Below the pieces are notes generated by a model that worked only from the letters and a program-made list of their open reading frames with translations, did not search any database and was not told where the DNA came from. Position numbers and translations under genes: made by a program. 64,000 bases of DNA from Alphaproteobacteria bacterium (lineage in GTDB: Bacteria > Pseudomonadota > Alphaproteobacteria > Sphingomonadales > JAKSBY01), in assembly GCA_021774625.1 (NCBI GenBank), contig JAJFIV010000008.1, forward strand, positions 295,045 through 359,044, read 5' to 3'. Shown piece after piece: positions 46,757 to 57,800 of the stretch; the stretch's first letter is position 1, and every line of letters starts with the position of its first letter.

Positions 46757-49700
46757 TTAAGTCCTTTCCAGGGTTGGCGGGATTAAAGTTTTTCGTTTTT
46801 GTTTAAGACCGGCGCGCTTCCACAACAGGAACATCGCCGGAATCACCAGCAGCGTTAAAACCGTCGCGCTCACCATGCCGCCGACCATGGGGGCGGCGAT
46901 CCGGCGCATCACTTCCGATCCTGTGCCGGTGCCGAGCATGATCGGCAACAACCCGGCGATAATCACCGAGACCGTCATCATAATGGGGCGGACGCGCATC
47001 AGGGCGCCGTTGATGACGGCGGTGCGGAGGTCTTCTTCCGTCGCGGCGCGGTTTTGTGTCTGGGCCTCGTCATTTTTTTGAGCCCAGGCCTGGTTTAGGT
47101 AAACCATCATCAAGACACCGATCTCGACCGCCACCCCGGCGAGCGCGATGAAGCCGACACCGACCGCCACCGACATATTGTAACCAAGAAAATACAGGAA
47201 CCAGAAACCGCCGACCAGTGATAATGGCAGGGTTCCCATAATGAGCGCCACCGCCATCAGATCACGAAAATTGAGATAGAGCAGCAGCAAAATGATCACC
47301 AATGTGACCGGCACAACCACGCCCAGCCGCTTTTTGGCGCGTTCCATATATTCATATTGGCCCGACCAGGCCAGCGAATATCCTGGCGGCAGATCAATCC
47401 GTTCCGCGACCGCAACCTGGGCGTCGGCCACGTAAGAACCGATGTCGCGCCCGGAAATATCGACATAAATCCAGCCATTGAGCCGGGCGTTCTCGCTCCT
47501 GATAACGCCGGGGCCATCGGATACCGCGATGTTAGCTACCTTGCCGAGCGGGATTTGAGCGCCGGAAGGGGTCACAATGGGGAGCGATCTCAGGCGGTCC
47601 AATGAGTCCCGGACTTCCCGCGGATAGCGCAAATTAACCGGGTAGCGTTCCAACCCCTCAACGCTTTGGGTGACCGTCATGCCGCCGATGGCCGTCTGTA
47701 TGATATCCTGGACGTCGGCGATATTGAGCCCGAAGCGGGCCGCGGCCGCGCGGTCGATATCAATATCGATGAAGCGCCCGCCGGTCACCCGTTCGGCATA
47801 GACGGACGCCGTTCCCGGCACCTCACCGATCACCGCCTCGATGCGTTCGCCAATCTCGCCGATGATATTGAGGTCCGGTCCCGCCACCTTGATCCCCACC
47901 GGCGTTTTGATGCCGGTCGCCAGCATGTCGATGCGGTTCTTGATCGGCATGATCCAGACATTGGTGAGGCTGGGAATTTGCACCAGGCGGTCAAGCTCGC
48001 GCTTGAGTTTTTCCGTCGTCATGCCGGGCCGCCACTCTTCCCGCGGCTTGAGGCGGATCGTGGTCTCAACCATGGTCAGGGGCGCAGGATCGGTCGCCGT
48101 ATCGGCACGTCCCGCCTTGGCGTAGACACTCGCCACTTCCGGCACCGTCATGATCAGCTTGTCGGTCTGTTGCAGAATCTGGCTCATCTTGCCGGCGGAG
48201 ATGGCCGGAAACGCACTCGGCATATAGAGAAGATCGCCTTCATCAAGGTCGGGCATGAACTCACTGCCGAGACGTTGCAGCGGCCAGAGGGCGCTGGCCA
48301 TAATCAAAAGAGTGACCAGAACCATGGATTTGGGGTGCTTGAGCACCAGATCGATGAAGGGCTTATAGCCCGCGATCAGGCCGCGATTGATCGGGTTTTT
48401 GTGCTCGGGCGTGATGTGGCCGCGGATAAAATAGCCCATCAGCACCGGCACCAGGGTTACCGACAGGCCGGCCGCCGCCGCCATGGCATAGGTCTTGGTA
48501 AAGGCCAGCGGGTGAAAAAGCCGTCCCTCCTGCGCTTCAAGCGCAAAGATTGGCAGAAAGCTGAATGTAATGATCAGCAACGAAAAGAACAGCGGCGGCC
48601 CGACCTCAACGGATGCTTCCTTCACGATGCGCCATCGGTTTTCAGACGTCAGCGGTTCCCGCTCCATGTGTTTGTGCATATTTTCGATCATGACGATGGT
48701 GCCATCCACCATGGCGCCGATGGCAATCGCGATGCCGCCCAGCGACATGATATTGGCATTGATGCCCTGGCTGTTCATGACAGCAAAGGCGGCAATAATG
48801 CCAAGCGGCAGGCTTAAAATCACCACCAGCGCCGAGCGTAAGTGAAACAAAAAGACCGCGCAGACGAGGGCGACGATGATGAACTCCTCAAGCAGCTTTT
48901 CGCTGAGGGTGCCGACGGCGCGCTCGATCAGTGATGAGCGGTCATAAGTCTCGACGATCTCGACGCCTTCGGGCAGGCTTTGCTTGAGAGTTTCCAGCCG
49001 TTCCTTGACCCGGTCGATGGTGGCGAGCGCATTTTCGCCAAACCGCATGATGATGACGCCGCCAACCGCTTCCCCCTCGCCATTCAGCTCGCCGATGCCG
49101 CGGCGCAATTCAGGGCCAAACCGGATATCGGCCAGGTCTTTGAGAAAGATCGGCGTGCCCATCTTGGTAACGCCGAGCGGAATTTTCCGCAAGTCGTCCA
49201 GATCGTCGATATAGCCCGAGGCCCGGACCATATATTCGGCTTCGGCCATTTCGATCACCCGGCCTCCGGTTTCCTGATTGCCGCGCCGGATCGCCTCGCT
49301 TATCCGGGTGAGCGGAATGTCATAGGCGCGCAAACGGTTGGGGTCGACCACCACCTGATATTGCTTGACCATGCCGCCGATGGTGGCGACTTCCGAAACG
49401 CCCGCGACCGTCTGCAATTCATATTTCAAGAACCAGTCCTGAATACTGCGAAGTTCCGAGAGGTCGTGACCGCCGGTTCGATCGACCAGAGCGTATTGAT
49501 AGACCCAGCCGACGCCGGTTGCGTCCGGCCCCAGCGCCGGGCGGGCGCTGTCTGGCAGCAAAGGGGCGACCTGGCTGAGATATTCGAGCACCCGGGAGCG
49601 CGCCCAGTAAAGATCGGTACCATCCTCGAAGATGATGTAAACATAGGAATCATTGAAAAAGGAATAGCCGCGCACGGTTACAGCGCCAGGCACCGCCAGC

Positions 49701-49918
49701 ATGGCGGTGGTCAGGGGATAGGTCACCTGATCTTCCACCACCTGCGGCGCCTGGCCCGGATATGTGGTTTTGATGATCACCTGTACGTCGGAAAGGTCCG
49801 GAATGGCGTCCAGGGGGGTTTTGCTCACCGTATAAAGCCCGCCAGCGGCCAGGAGTACTGTCAGCATCACCACCAGGAAGCGGTTCGCGACCGACCAGCG
49901 GATGAGATTTGCGATCAT
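46757..49918 (-). CDS. cusA: CusA/SilA heavy-metal RND efflux pump
   Basis: DAIPDLSDVQV, LGPDATGVGW, GAMVD, MPDLDEGDLLYMP, RIDMLATG, RVRPIMMT. Confidence 0.95.
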   Translation of the reverse strand: MIANLIRWSVANRFLVVMLTVLLAAGGLYTVSKTPLDAIPDLSDVQVIIKTTYPGQAPQVVEDQVTYPLTTAMLAVPGAVTVRGYSFFNDSYVYIIFEDGTDLYWARSRVLEYLSQVAPLLPDSARPALGPDATGVGWVYQYALVDRTGGHDLSELRSIQDWFLKYELQTVAGVSEVATIGGMVKQYQVVVDPNRLRAYDIPLTRISEAIRRGNQETGGRVIEMAEAEYMVRASGYIDDLDDLRKIPLGVTKMGTPIFLKDLADIRFGPELRRGIGELNGEGEAVGGVIIMRFGENALATIDRVKERLETLKQSLPEGVEIVETYDRSSLIERAVGTLSEKLLEEFIIVALVCAVFLFHLRSALVVILSLPLGIIAAFAVMNSQGINANIMSLGGIAIAIGAMVDGTIVMIENMHKHMEREPLTSENRWRIVKEASVEVGPPLFFSLLIITFSFLPIFALEAQEGRLFHPLAFTKTYAMAAAAGLSVTLVPVLMGYFIRGHITPEHKNPINRGLIAGYKPFIDLVLKHPKSMVLVTLLIMASALWPLQRLGSEFMPDLDEGDLLYMPSAFPAISAGKMSQILQQTDKLIMTVPEVASVYAKAGRADTATDPAPLTMVETTIRLKPREEWRPGMTTEKLKRELDRLVQIPSLTNVWIMPIKNRIDMLATGIKTPVGIKVAGPDLNIIGEIGERIEAVIGEVPGTASVYAERVTGGRFIDIDIDRAAAARFGLNIADVQDIIQTAIGGMTVTQSVEGLERYPVNLRYPREVRDSLDRLRSLPIVTPSGAQIPLGKVANIAVSDGPGVIRSENARLNGWIYVDISGRDIGSYVADAQVAVAERIDLPPGYSLAWSGQYEYMERAKKRLGVVVPVTLVIILLLLYLNFRDLMAVALIMGTLPLSLVGGFWFLYFLGYNMSVAVGVGFIALAGVAVEIGVLMMVYLNQAWAQKNDEAQTQNRAATEEDLRTAVINGALMRVRPIMMTVSVIIAGLLPIMLGTGTGSEVMRRIAAPMVGGMVSATVLTLLVIPAMFLLWKRAGLKQKRKTLIPPTLERT

Positions 49919-51165
49919 GGCCGTGGTTCCGTTTTTACATCCATATTTGTTTCTTTCCCGGCATCCATACGCATGAAAGTGCCAGCCAGGCTCGCCTCGG
50001 AATCGAGCAGAAACTGTCCGGAAGTAACGATCATTTCGCCTTCATTCAGTCCGCTCAGGATTTCCACGCGGTCACCGGACTCGATCCCCGTTTCAACCAT
50101 GGCAGGTTGGAATCTGCCGTCCCCGAGCGCCAAAATCACCCGTTCCGACCTGCCGGTACGGATTAAGGCTTCCCTGGGAATATTGAGTGCATATTCCTGC
50201 GGCGTCGCGGACACGCGAACCTCGGCATACATGTTCGGTTTCAAAGTCTCTTCAGGATTTGCGAATACGAGGCGCACCTGGGCTGTGCGGCTTTCGGGCT
50301 GGACCGTCGGGTATACATAGTCGACCGTACCCTGCCATTCCTTGCCCGGGAGAAACACCAGGCTCAAAACGGCGCGCTGGCCTTCTTTCACCCAGGCCAC
50401 CTGATCCTCGAAAATATCAACCATGACCCAGATCGACGAAAGGTCGGCGAGCGTAAGGACCGTCGTGCCGGGTTCAATGAACATCCCTTCGCCGACATTC
50501 AGTTTAATGACAAAGCCATCCTGTGGGGCCCGCACTTCGACAAGCTGATCGATCTTGCCGCTTTTACCCAGAGCTTCGATCTGGGGCCGCAGCATGCCAA
50601 GTGCGACGAGACGTTCCGCGGCGGCGTCCGCCAGCTTGCCCTGATTGATGCGCAGGGCCTGCAGATATTCGGCCTGGGCGTTGACGAGCGTCGGCGAATA
50701 CATTTCGAAAATGAGATCGCCCTTGCGCACACGCTCGCCTTCGCTCTTGACCAGGAGCCGTTCGATCCAGCCCTCGGCCCTGACATGAACATGGCTTATC
50801 AAATCATCATCGGGGGCAATGAAGCCCACCGTTTCGATCTCGCGGTATAGCGTGTCCCGCGTTACCGTTGCCGTGCGAACGCCAAGATTGTTAATGACGG
50901 CGGGGCTGATCCTGAGCGTAGTCCCGGCGTTGGCATCAGACTCTTCTCCCTCATAGACCGGAATCAAATCCATCCCCATGGGGGACTTGCCGGGTTTGTC
51001 CGACCGGAAATTGGGGTCCATGGGCCCGCGCCAATAGAGGATTTTTTTCTCCGTTCCTGCATTGTCCGCCTTGCCATCGCCGGGACCGAGCCGGGCGATC
51101 CCGTAACCAAGGGCAATGCCGCCAATAAGAACAGCGGCAATGAGGGCTAAAATTTTCCTGCTCAT
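49915..51165 (-). CDS. cusB: CusB-type periplasmic adaptor
   Basis: YW..PMDP....DKPGKSPMGMDL.P, EGWIERL, LKPNMYA, SGQFLLDSE. Confidence 0.92.
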   Translation of the reverse strand: MSRKILALIAAVLIGGIALGYGIARLGPGDGKADNAGTEKKILYWRGPMDPNFRSDKPGKSPMGMDLIPVYEGEESDANAGTTLRISPAVINNLGVRTATVTRDTLYREIETVGFIAPDDDLISHVHVRAEGWIERLLVKSEGERVRKGDLIFEMYSPTLVNAQAEYLQALRINQGKLADAAAERLVALGMLRPQIEALGKSGKIDQLVEVRAPQDGFVIKLNVGEGMFIEPGTTVLTLADLSSIWVMVDIFEDQVAWVKEGQRAVLSLVFLPGKEWQGTVDYVYPTVQPESRTAQVRLVFANPEETLKPNMYAEVRVSATPQEYALNIPREALIRTGRSERVILALGDGRFQPAMVETGIESGDRVEILSGLNEGEMIVTSGQFLLDSEASLAGTFMRMDAGKETNMDVKTEPRP

Positions 51166-51166
51166 C

Positions 51167-52426
51167 TTATATTCCTTCCAGGTAAAGAAGACGGGCCTGT
51201 GCCTGAGCGCGGTCAACCTTCAGGCGAAGCAGCGTCAGTTCCGCATCAAGTTCGGCGAGCCGGGCGCGGATAAGTTCGGCGAAATCCGAAACACCGCTTC
51301 GATAGGCCCCAAGCGCTGCATCCGTGGTCTCACTCGCCCGGTCAATCACGACTTTTTCGTAAAGGGAAATGCGTTCATCGAGACGCCGCCAGTCAGCGTA
51401 GGTCCGTTCCAGCACCTTGTTCAATTCAAGCAGGGTTGCGTCCCGATCAAGCACCGCGGCCTGCCGTTCACGCTTTGACGCGGAAACATTACGGTCCTGG
51501 CGCTTGCCGGTAAAGAACGGGAGATCAATCGCAACGCCAACGGTTGCGAAGTCGGCGCGGTCGCCGCCGCGCACGCCGTAATTGCCATCAATCGACCAAC
51601 CCGGCTTATATTGCTCGTTCGCAATATCGATGTTGCGTTGGCGAACTTCGATGGTTGCATCGTTCGCGGTAACCGCCGGGTGCTGGGAAAGCTTGTCGCG
51701 CAAGACATCCCTCGGTGAAGGAACCGTCAAAACCGGAAGGAAAGTTGCGAGAGGCCTCGATGCAGGCATCTTGCCAACCAGACGAGAGAGCTCGGCCCGC
51801 ATAATATCGATGCGCCGCTCGAAGTCGACAACACGGTCGTTGAGAATACTCAGTTCCAATTCGGCCCTGAGAACGTCCTGACTGGTCTGACGGCCGGTAG
51901 CGAATGTCGCGGTTGCCACTTCCACCAGTTCCGACACGGCCTGGCGGCTCTCCAGGACCTTTTGCCGCCCGTTGATCCAGTAATAAAGTTCAAGCCACAC
52001 ATCGCGCGCATTCAACGCAATGTCGCGTTCCTGAAGTCGTAATTTCGCGCGCTCAATCCTGGCCTCGGCTTCCCGGCGTTCGCGTGTGAACGAAAGCGTT
52101 TTACCGCGCGGAAAAGCCTGTCTCAGGCCAACCTGGATTTGTGTCATTGCCTCCTGACCAAAGCGAAAGCTGTCGGTCGGAAAATTCAACATCCTGAACG
52201 TCATCTGTGGATCGGCAAGCTGCGAATCGGCGATGGCGCGATCACCAAGGGCAGACGCCCGTTCTTCGAAACGGGTAACGGTGGGATCACCAAGACTAAG
52301 CGCGATCGACACCGCTTCCTCGAGGTCCAGTTTTTCTGCGTCGGACGCTTCCTCGCCCCAGCTTTCAGCAGGGAAAAGGGGAGCGCAAAGCAGTGCGATT
52401 GCAGTGAATATCATATATCTAAGCAT
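51167..52426 (-). CDS. TolC/CusC-type outer-membrane factor
   Basis: Signal peptide, QEAMTQ...Q.FP, helical outer-membrane efflux protein repeats; first gene before cusB. Confidence 0.85.
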   Translation of the reverse strand: MLRYMIFTAIALLCAPLFPAESWGEEASDAEKLDLEEAVSIALSLGDPTVTRFEERASALGDRAIADSQLADPQMTFRMLNFPTDSFRFGQEAMTQIQVGLRQAFPRGKTLSFTRERREAEARIERAKLRLQERDIALNARDVWLELYYWINGRQKVLESRQAVSELVEVATATFATGRQTSQDVLRAELELSILNDRVVDFERRIDIMRAELSRLVGKMPASRPLATFLPVLTVPSPRDVLRDKLSQHPAVTANDATIEVRQRNIDIANEQYKPGWSIDGNYGVRGGDRADFATVGVAIDLPFFTGKRQDRNVSASKRERQAAVLDRDATLLELNKVLERTYADWRRLDERISLYEKVVIDRASETTDAALGAYRSGVSDFAELIRARLAELDAELTLLRLKVDRAQAQARLLYLEGI

Positions 52427-52531
52427 GATTGCCTCTTCAAATGGGGACGAAACCTGGCCGCAAAATCTTGCAGCGGAAAACAACCCCGCTAACGGAAAGC
52501 TCCGAAACGTGGCGTTGAGAGTTTTAGGTTT

Positions 52532-52951
52532 TTAGACTCGGGGAGGAGGGGTCAGAAATTCTACCGGGATCTGAGCAGGCACGACAATCGCCGGCATGGA
52601 CAGTATTTCGCGAGAGAGCCTGTGTGCAATACTGCCGGTTGGTGCAAGAACAGCCGGTGCGATGGTCCCGCAGGCCGTGAGGCACATGGACAGGCAGTCA
52701 GTATCGCACATGTTTTCGTGCACGGGACACGGGCATTCATCCTGCTCACTCATGGCCCGGTGAGACATCGCCGGCATTTTAGATGAGGATATTTCAGTGC
52801 GCTGGTTATGACCGGCATCGCCGCCGTTCGGACAGTTCGCCATTGCCACCGCCATGTTGACGGCTAAGAACTGACTTGCCAGCAAAGTGGCGCTTATCGC
52901 CGCCGTAACAATTATTCGGAATGCTTTGCTATACGTCAGTTTCAATGCCAT
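52532..52951 (-). CDS. Cys/His/Met-rich leader protein (CopL/DUF2946-like)
   Basis: N-terminal TM segment, CPCPVH..MC...C...C...C, C-terminal TPPPRV. Confidence 0.65.
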   Translation of the reverse strand: MALKLTYSKAFRIIVTAAISATLLASQFLAVNMAVAMANCPNGGDAGHNQRTEISSSKMPAMSHRAMSEQDECPCPVHENMCDTDCLSMCLTACGTIAPAVLAPTGSIAHRLSREILSMPAIVVPAQIPVEFLTPPPRV

Positions 52952-53054
52952 GATGTTCGGAATATTGTTCCTTGCAAGCATTTGTCAAGAATATAAGCAC
53001 TGAGAGCCATTTCCACCTTAAGCATAATCAATACAATACTCAAATATTTCGTGA

Positions 53055-53066
53055 TCGGCTCCACCA
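53055..53066 (+). repeat. attR core (duplicated tRNA 3' end)
   Basis: TCGGCTCCACCA, identical to 33585-33596. Confidence 0.8.
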
Positions 53067-53175
53067 ACTTTCACCAGCCCGTTTTATCCCGATAGCTTAA
53101 CGGAAACAGTTGTTGCCGCCAGCTGGGCAGACTATAGTCCCGGCAAATATACATCACACAGGAGAGGGTTTACCC

Positions 53176-54804
53176 GTGAAAAACTGGATTTGCGTTGCAG
53201 CGGCCATGACCCCGTTGCTGGCTTGCTCACCGAATGCCGATGAGAATGCGGCGTCTTCCGCAATGGACACGGCGCAGATGCAGGATTATGCGCCGGAAGG
53301 CTGGGCTGCAAAGTCATTGCCGGAAATTGCCGAAGCCCTGCAAAAGGGCGAGATATCCGCTGAAGAGTTGGTACAAGCCTATCTCGACCGTATCGGGCGC
53401 GTTGACCGGTCCGGACCTACCCTGCAAAGCGTATTGACCCTGAATCCCGATGCGCTCGACGACGCCCGCGCCCTTGATGCCAAACGGGCGGCGGGGGAAG
53501 AACTCGGCCCGCTTCACGGCGTGCCGGTCCTGTTGAAGGATAATATTGAAACCAGGGATCCCATGGCGACCACCGCGGGGGCGCTGGCCCTGAAGGAAAA
53601 CGTGACCGGCCGCGATTCGCCGCTGGTGGCAGGTCTGCGGGACGCCGGCGCGATCATTCTCGGCAAAACCAATCTCAGCCAGTGGGCGAATTTCCGCTCC
53701 AACGATTCCATGAGCGGCTGGACCGCACTCGGCGGACAGGTCCGCAATCCCCATATGCTGGACCGCAATCCCTGCGGGTCCAGTTCCGGATCCGGCGCGG
53801 CGGCGGCGGCATCCCTCGCCGCGGGCACGGTCGGCACGGAAACCAACGGGTCGATCATCTGTCCGGCCAACGTCAATGGCGTTGTCGGATTTAAACCAAC
53901 CGTCGGCATGGTTTCACAGCAATATATCATCCCGATCTCGGCTTCTCAGGATACAGCCGGGCCAATGACCAAAACCGTAAAGGGCGCCGCCATGATGCTA
54001 AACGCCATGGCCACCGACGGCGCGAAAACCGATTATGTGGCGGCGCTTGATGAAAATGCGCTGGCCGGAGCCCGGATTGGCGTGTTGCGCTATTCCGTCG
54101 GTGGTAATGCAGATATTGTTGAACGCTTCAATGCCGCACTGAGAGTGCTGGAAGACGCCGGGGCGGTTCTGGTAGAAATCGCGGAACGCCCGACGCCAGC
54201 AGAGAATTTCGGGCGCTATTCCTATGACGTTTTGAAATATGAATTCAAGGCGGGGCTTAATGATTATCTGGCATCAACGCCGGACACCGTAAAAACCCGC
54301 ACCCTTGCCGACCTCATTGCGTTCAACAACGCGCATGCCGATATCGAACTCGCGCTGTTTGACCAGAGTATATTCGATGCTTCGGAAGCGATGGGCGATC
54401 TTGACGATCCCGATTATATCACCGCCCGCGATACCGTGCAGGCCGCCACACGGGAAAACGGGATCGACGCGCTTCTGGCAGAACATAATGTGGATATTCT
54501 GGTTTCTCCCTCGGGCCCGGTGGCATCGCGCATTGACCCCATTAATGGCGATGTCTGGCCGAATTTTCCCGGCGGCGGCGGTATGGCGGCCATTGCCGGA
54601 TATCCCCATATCACCGTGCCCATGGGCACGGTTCAGTCTGTGCCGGTCGGCTTTTCCTTCATTGGCGCAAAGGATGAAGATGCAAAAGTACTGTCCTATG
54701 GCTACGCCTATGAACAACGCACGAAGCTGCGCGCCGAACCGCACTATCTGGAGGGCGCGGAAGCGCTCGAAGATGTCGCAAAAGCGATGAAGCGGAAGAA
54801 CTAG
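53176..54804 (+). CDS. Amidase signature family lipoprotein
   Basis: Lipobox LLAC, KDNI, GSSSGS, GTETNGSI; GTG start with SD GGAG. Confidence 0.9.
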   Translation: MKNWICVAAAMTPLLACSPNADENAASSAMDTAQMQDYAPEGWAAKSLPEIAEALQKGEISAEELVQAYLDRIGRVDRSGPTLQSVLTLNPDALDDARALDAKRAAGEELGPLHGVPVLLKDNIETRDPMATTAGALALKENVTGRDSPLVAGLRDAGAIILGKTNLSQWANFRSNDSMSGWTALGGQVRNPHMLDRNPCGSSSGSGAAAAASLAAGTVGTETNGSIICPANVNGVVGFKPTVGMVSQQYIIPISASQDTAGPMTKTVKGAAMMLNAMATDGAKTDYVAALDENALAGARIGVLRYSVGGNADIVERFNAALRVLEDAGAVLVEIAERPTPAENFGRYSYDVLKYEFKAGLNDYLASTPDTVKTRTLADLIAFNNAHADIELALFDQSIFDASEAMGDLDDPDYITARDTVQAATRENGIDALLAEHNVDILVSPSGPVASRIDPINGDVWPNFPGGGGMAAIAGYPHITVPMGTVQSVPVGFSFIGAKDEDAKVLSYGYAYEQRTKLRAEPHYLEGAEALEDVAKAMKRKN

Positions 54805-54812
54805 GCGGGCGA

Positions 54813-57800
54813 TTAGTCCGCAAGTTCTTCGAGCAACAGGGCAAGTTCGTCCGTAGGGGCGCGGCGGTCAGGGTCTTTTTCGGCAATCGTCTCAAGTCCG
54901 TCATTGCCGCTCTGGATAACGGAAATTTCCTCAAGGCTTTTACCAACCTGCCCGGCAATGATTTCCATCAGCCGGTCACGGTCGATGGGTTTGGAGATAT
55001 AGTCATTCATGCCGGCATTAAGATAGGTTTCCCGGTCGCCGACCATGGCGTTGGCGGTAATTGCGATAATGGGAATGCGTTTTTTTGTCCCTTTCAGCTT
55101 TCTGATTTCATTGGTCGCCACCAGGCCGTCCATTTCCGGCATCTGCACATCCATCAGCAGGATATCATAGACATGGTCTTTAACCGCCTGCACCGCCTCG
55201 ATGCCATTCTGCGCAATATCAACATGATGGCCATAACGGCCGAGCAGTTTGGAAAGCAGCACCTGATTGACAGGATGATCTTCCGCAACCAGTATTCTGA
55301 GACACTCGGCGGATTGCCGGGCGGTATTATTCCGGGATTCAACTTTGGACGGCCCCCGCCCTCTAACGGCTGGCGGACCTCCGGCAAGGGCGCTATAGAG
55401 CACCGACGGGCAAACCGGTTTATCGAGCACCGCTGTCGATTCGTCCCAGCCGGTGTCAAAGGTGGTTGCCAAAGATTTCAGAAGAATTGTGGGGACCTTG
55501 GAAGACAAGCGCAATTTGCGCCACAAAGCAGTCCTTGCAACAACGTCTGCCGACAGCAGGGCGTCATCCACAATGACGGCATCAAAGCGCCGGCCCGCCG
55601 CGGTCAGACTTTCAATCCGCCGTTTTCCCGATGAGAGACCGGAGTGCGCATAGATGCGGGCCTTAGACGCCTTCAGCTGTTTTTCAATCGCACTGGTATG
55701 AAGAGATTTGGGAGCCAGCAGCAGTATGATTGTTCCCTGGGGCACGCCTCTGTCCCGGCCGGACTTGTTTTCAGCGGCTTTCAATTCAAGATCAAACCGG
55801 AATTGGCTGCCCTCGCCAACATCGCTCGCGACCGATATTTCCCCGCCCATCAATTCCACAAGCTGCTTGCAGATGGACAGCCCCAGCCCCGTCCCGCCGA
55901 AACGGCGCGTGGTGGAAGAATCCGCCTGGGAAAATTTCTGAAACAAACTGGGAAGCGCCGTATCCGGAATGCCGATCCCCGTATCCGTGACATCAAACCT
56001 TATGGTTGCCTTCCCGTTTTTATGTTTCCGCAATTGAACGGAAAGCATGACGCCGCCCCGGTCGGTGAATTTGATGGCGTTGCCGATGAGATTTAAAAGG
56101 ATCTGCCGGATGCGGCCGGCATCGCCTAATAAACCTGCCGGAATCGCCGGGTCAATAAAGACGGCCAGCTCGATAGCCTTTGCCTGAGCCTCTGGACTCA
56201 TAAGCTGGACAGCGTTTTCCGCCGTACTGCATATATCGAATTCAATCTCCTCCAGATCGATCTTGCCGGCTTCAAGTTTGGAGAAATCCAGAATGTCATT
56301 AATCAGATTAAGAAGCGCGCCGGCGCTATGTGATACTGTTTCCGCATAGCGCCGCTGCTCCGGCGTCAGGGCAGAATCGAGCAGCAGGCCGGTCATGCCA
56401 ATGATGCCGTTCATCGGGGTGCGCAATTCGTGACTGACCGTTGCAAGAAAGTTTGACTTTGCCTTATTGGCATTTTCGGCCTCGTCCCGTGCCACGGCGA
56501 TGTCGTCCGCAAGCGCTTTTAGGGCGTCGCCCTGTAATTCCAACCGTTCGCGAGCGTCCTCCAGTTCCGAAACCCGTTCATTCAGGGCGTCTTCCGCTTT
56601 CTTGCGGTCTGTAATATCCCGATGAACGCCAATAAGGGCAACAATCTCGCCATCGTCGGCTCTTAATGGCACGACAGTGGATCCCGCGATAATCAGACGG
56701 CCGGTTTTATGTTTGAACATGGCCTCTCCGGTCCATCTTTTGCCGGCCCGAATATGTTTTAATACAGTCTGTGTCCGTTCGCGCACCCGTGCGGCCCATT
56801 TCTCCTGTTCCAAAGCCGGCACGGCATTCCGGTTAGAAAAAATCTTGATCATATTCTCGCCGACGACTTCTTCCTTTTTATAACCGAACAGTCTTTCTGA
56901 CCCCGGATTCCAGTCTATAACATTGTAGGTGAGATCGGTCACAACCACGGCGTCGGACATTTGCTCCATCACCAGGGCCTGGCGTTTGAGGAGAGCCTCG
57001 GTCCGCTTGCGCTCGGTGATATCATGGACGAGGGCAATATGGGCCAGCTGTTCGCCGCCAACATCCACCAGATATTGCAGGGAAACTTCCAATTCGCCCC
57101 GGCTGCCGTCCGGCCGGATGAAATCAATATCCCGCGACCAGGTTCCCTTTTTTCTAAGATGGCGCAGAACGCAGGGTGTGTCCCTGATGAAAGTATCGGT
57201 CGTGCCGACAATATCCGATAAATAGCGGCCGATGATTTTTGATTTGGGAAGTCCGACCAGCTGCTTCGCCGCCGGGTTGCAATCCTCCACCAATTCATTC
57301 AGGCCGATGACAAAAACCGCATCCGCCATCTGCTCGATAATGATGGATTGACGTTTCAGAATGGTTGCGACTTCCAGACTTTGCGCCGCACCCCTGCTGA
57401 TCCACATGCGGGATGCCTGCACGGTCGCCTCATCAAAAAACGGGATCACGCTGGTTTCAAGATGAATTTGCTGGCCGTCCGCCCGCTCCATTATCTTTTC
57501 AAAGAAATACCGGCCCTTCTCCTGCAGATGGGTTTCAACTTTGACCTGACGCGCCTTTATTTTGGCGGCGCTGGCGTTCCTGCCCATGCCATAAATATTG
57601 CTGCCAATCATTCTCCTTTCCGGCCGCCCCCAAAGATGCGCCGCCGTCTGGTTGCAATCGAGAACAATTCCTTCCCGGTTGGTGACCACAATCGGCGTAT
57701 CAATCTGATCCATAACGAAAGTACGGCGTTTATTGTCACTGAGCCTGCGCTCCTGCCAGGTTGACGTATGCAAAAGCGCGAGATAATGATTTCTGCCGCT

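Larger units (their letters stand above)
33597..53066. mobile_element. Genomic island integrated at tRNA-Ala (about 19.5 kb, decayed)
   Basis: 12-bp direct repeat of the tRNA 3' end, adjacent integrase remnant, IS and AbiEii fragments, accessory cargo. Confidence 0.8.
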
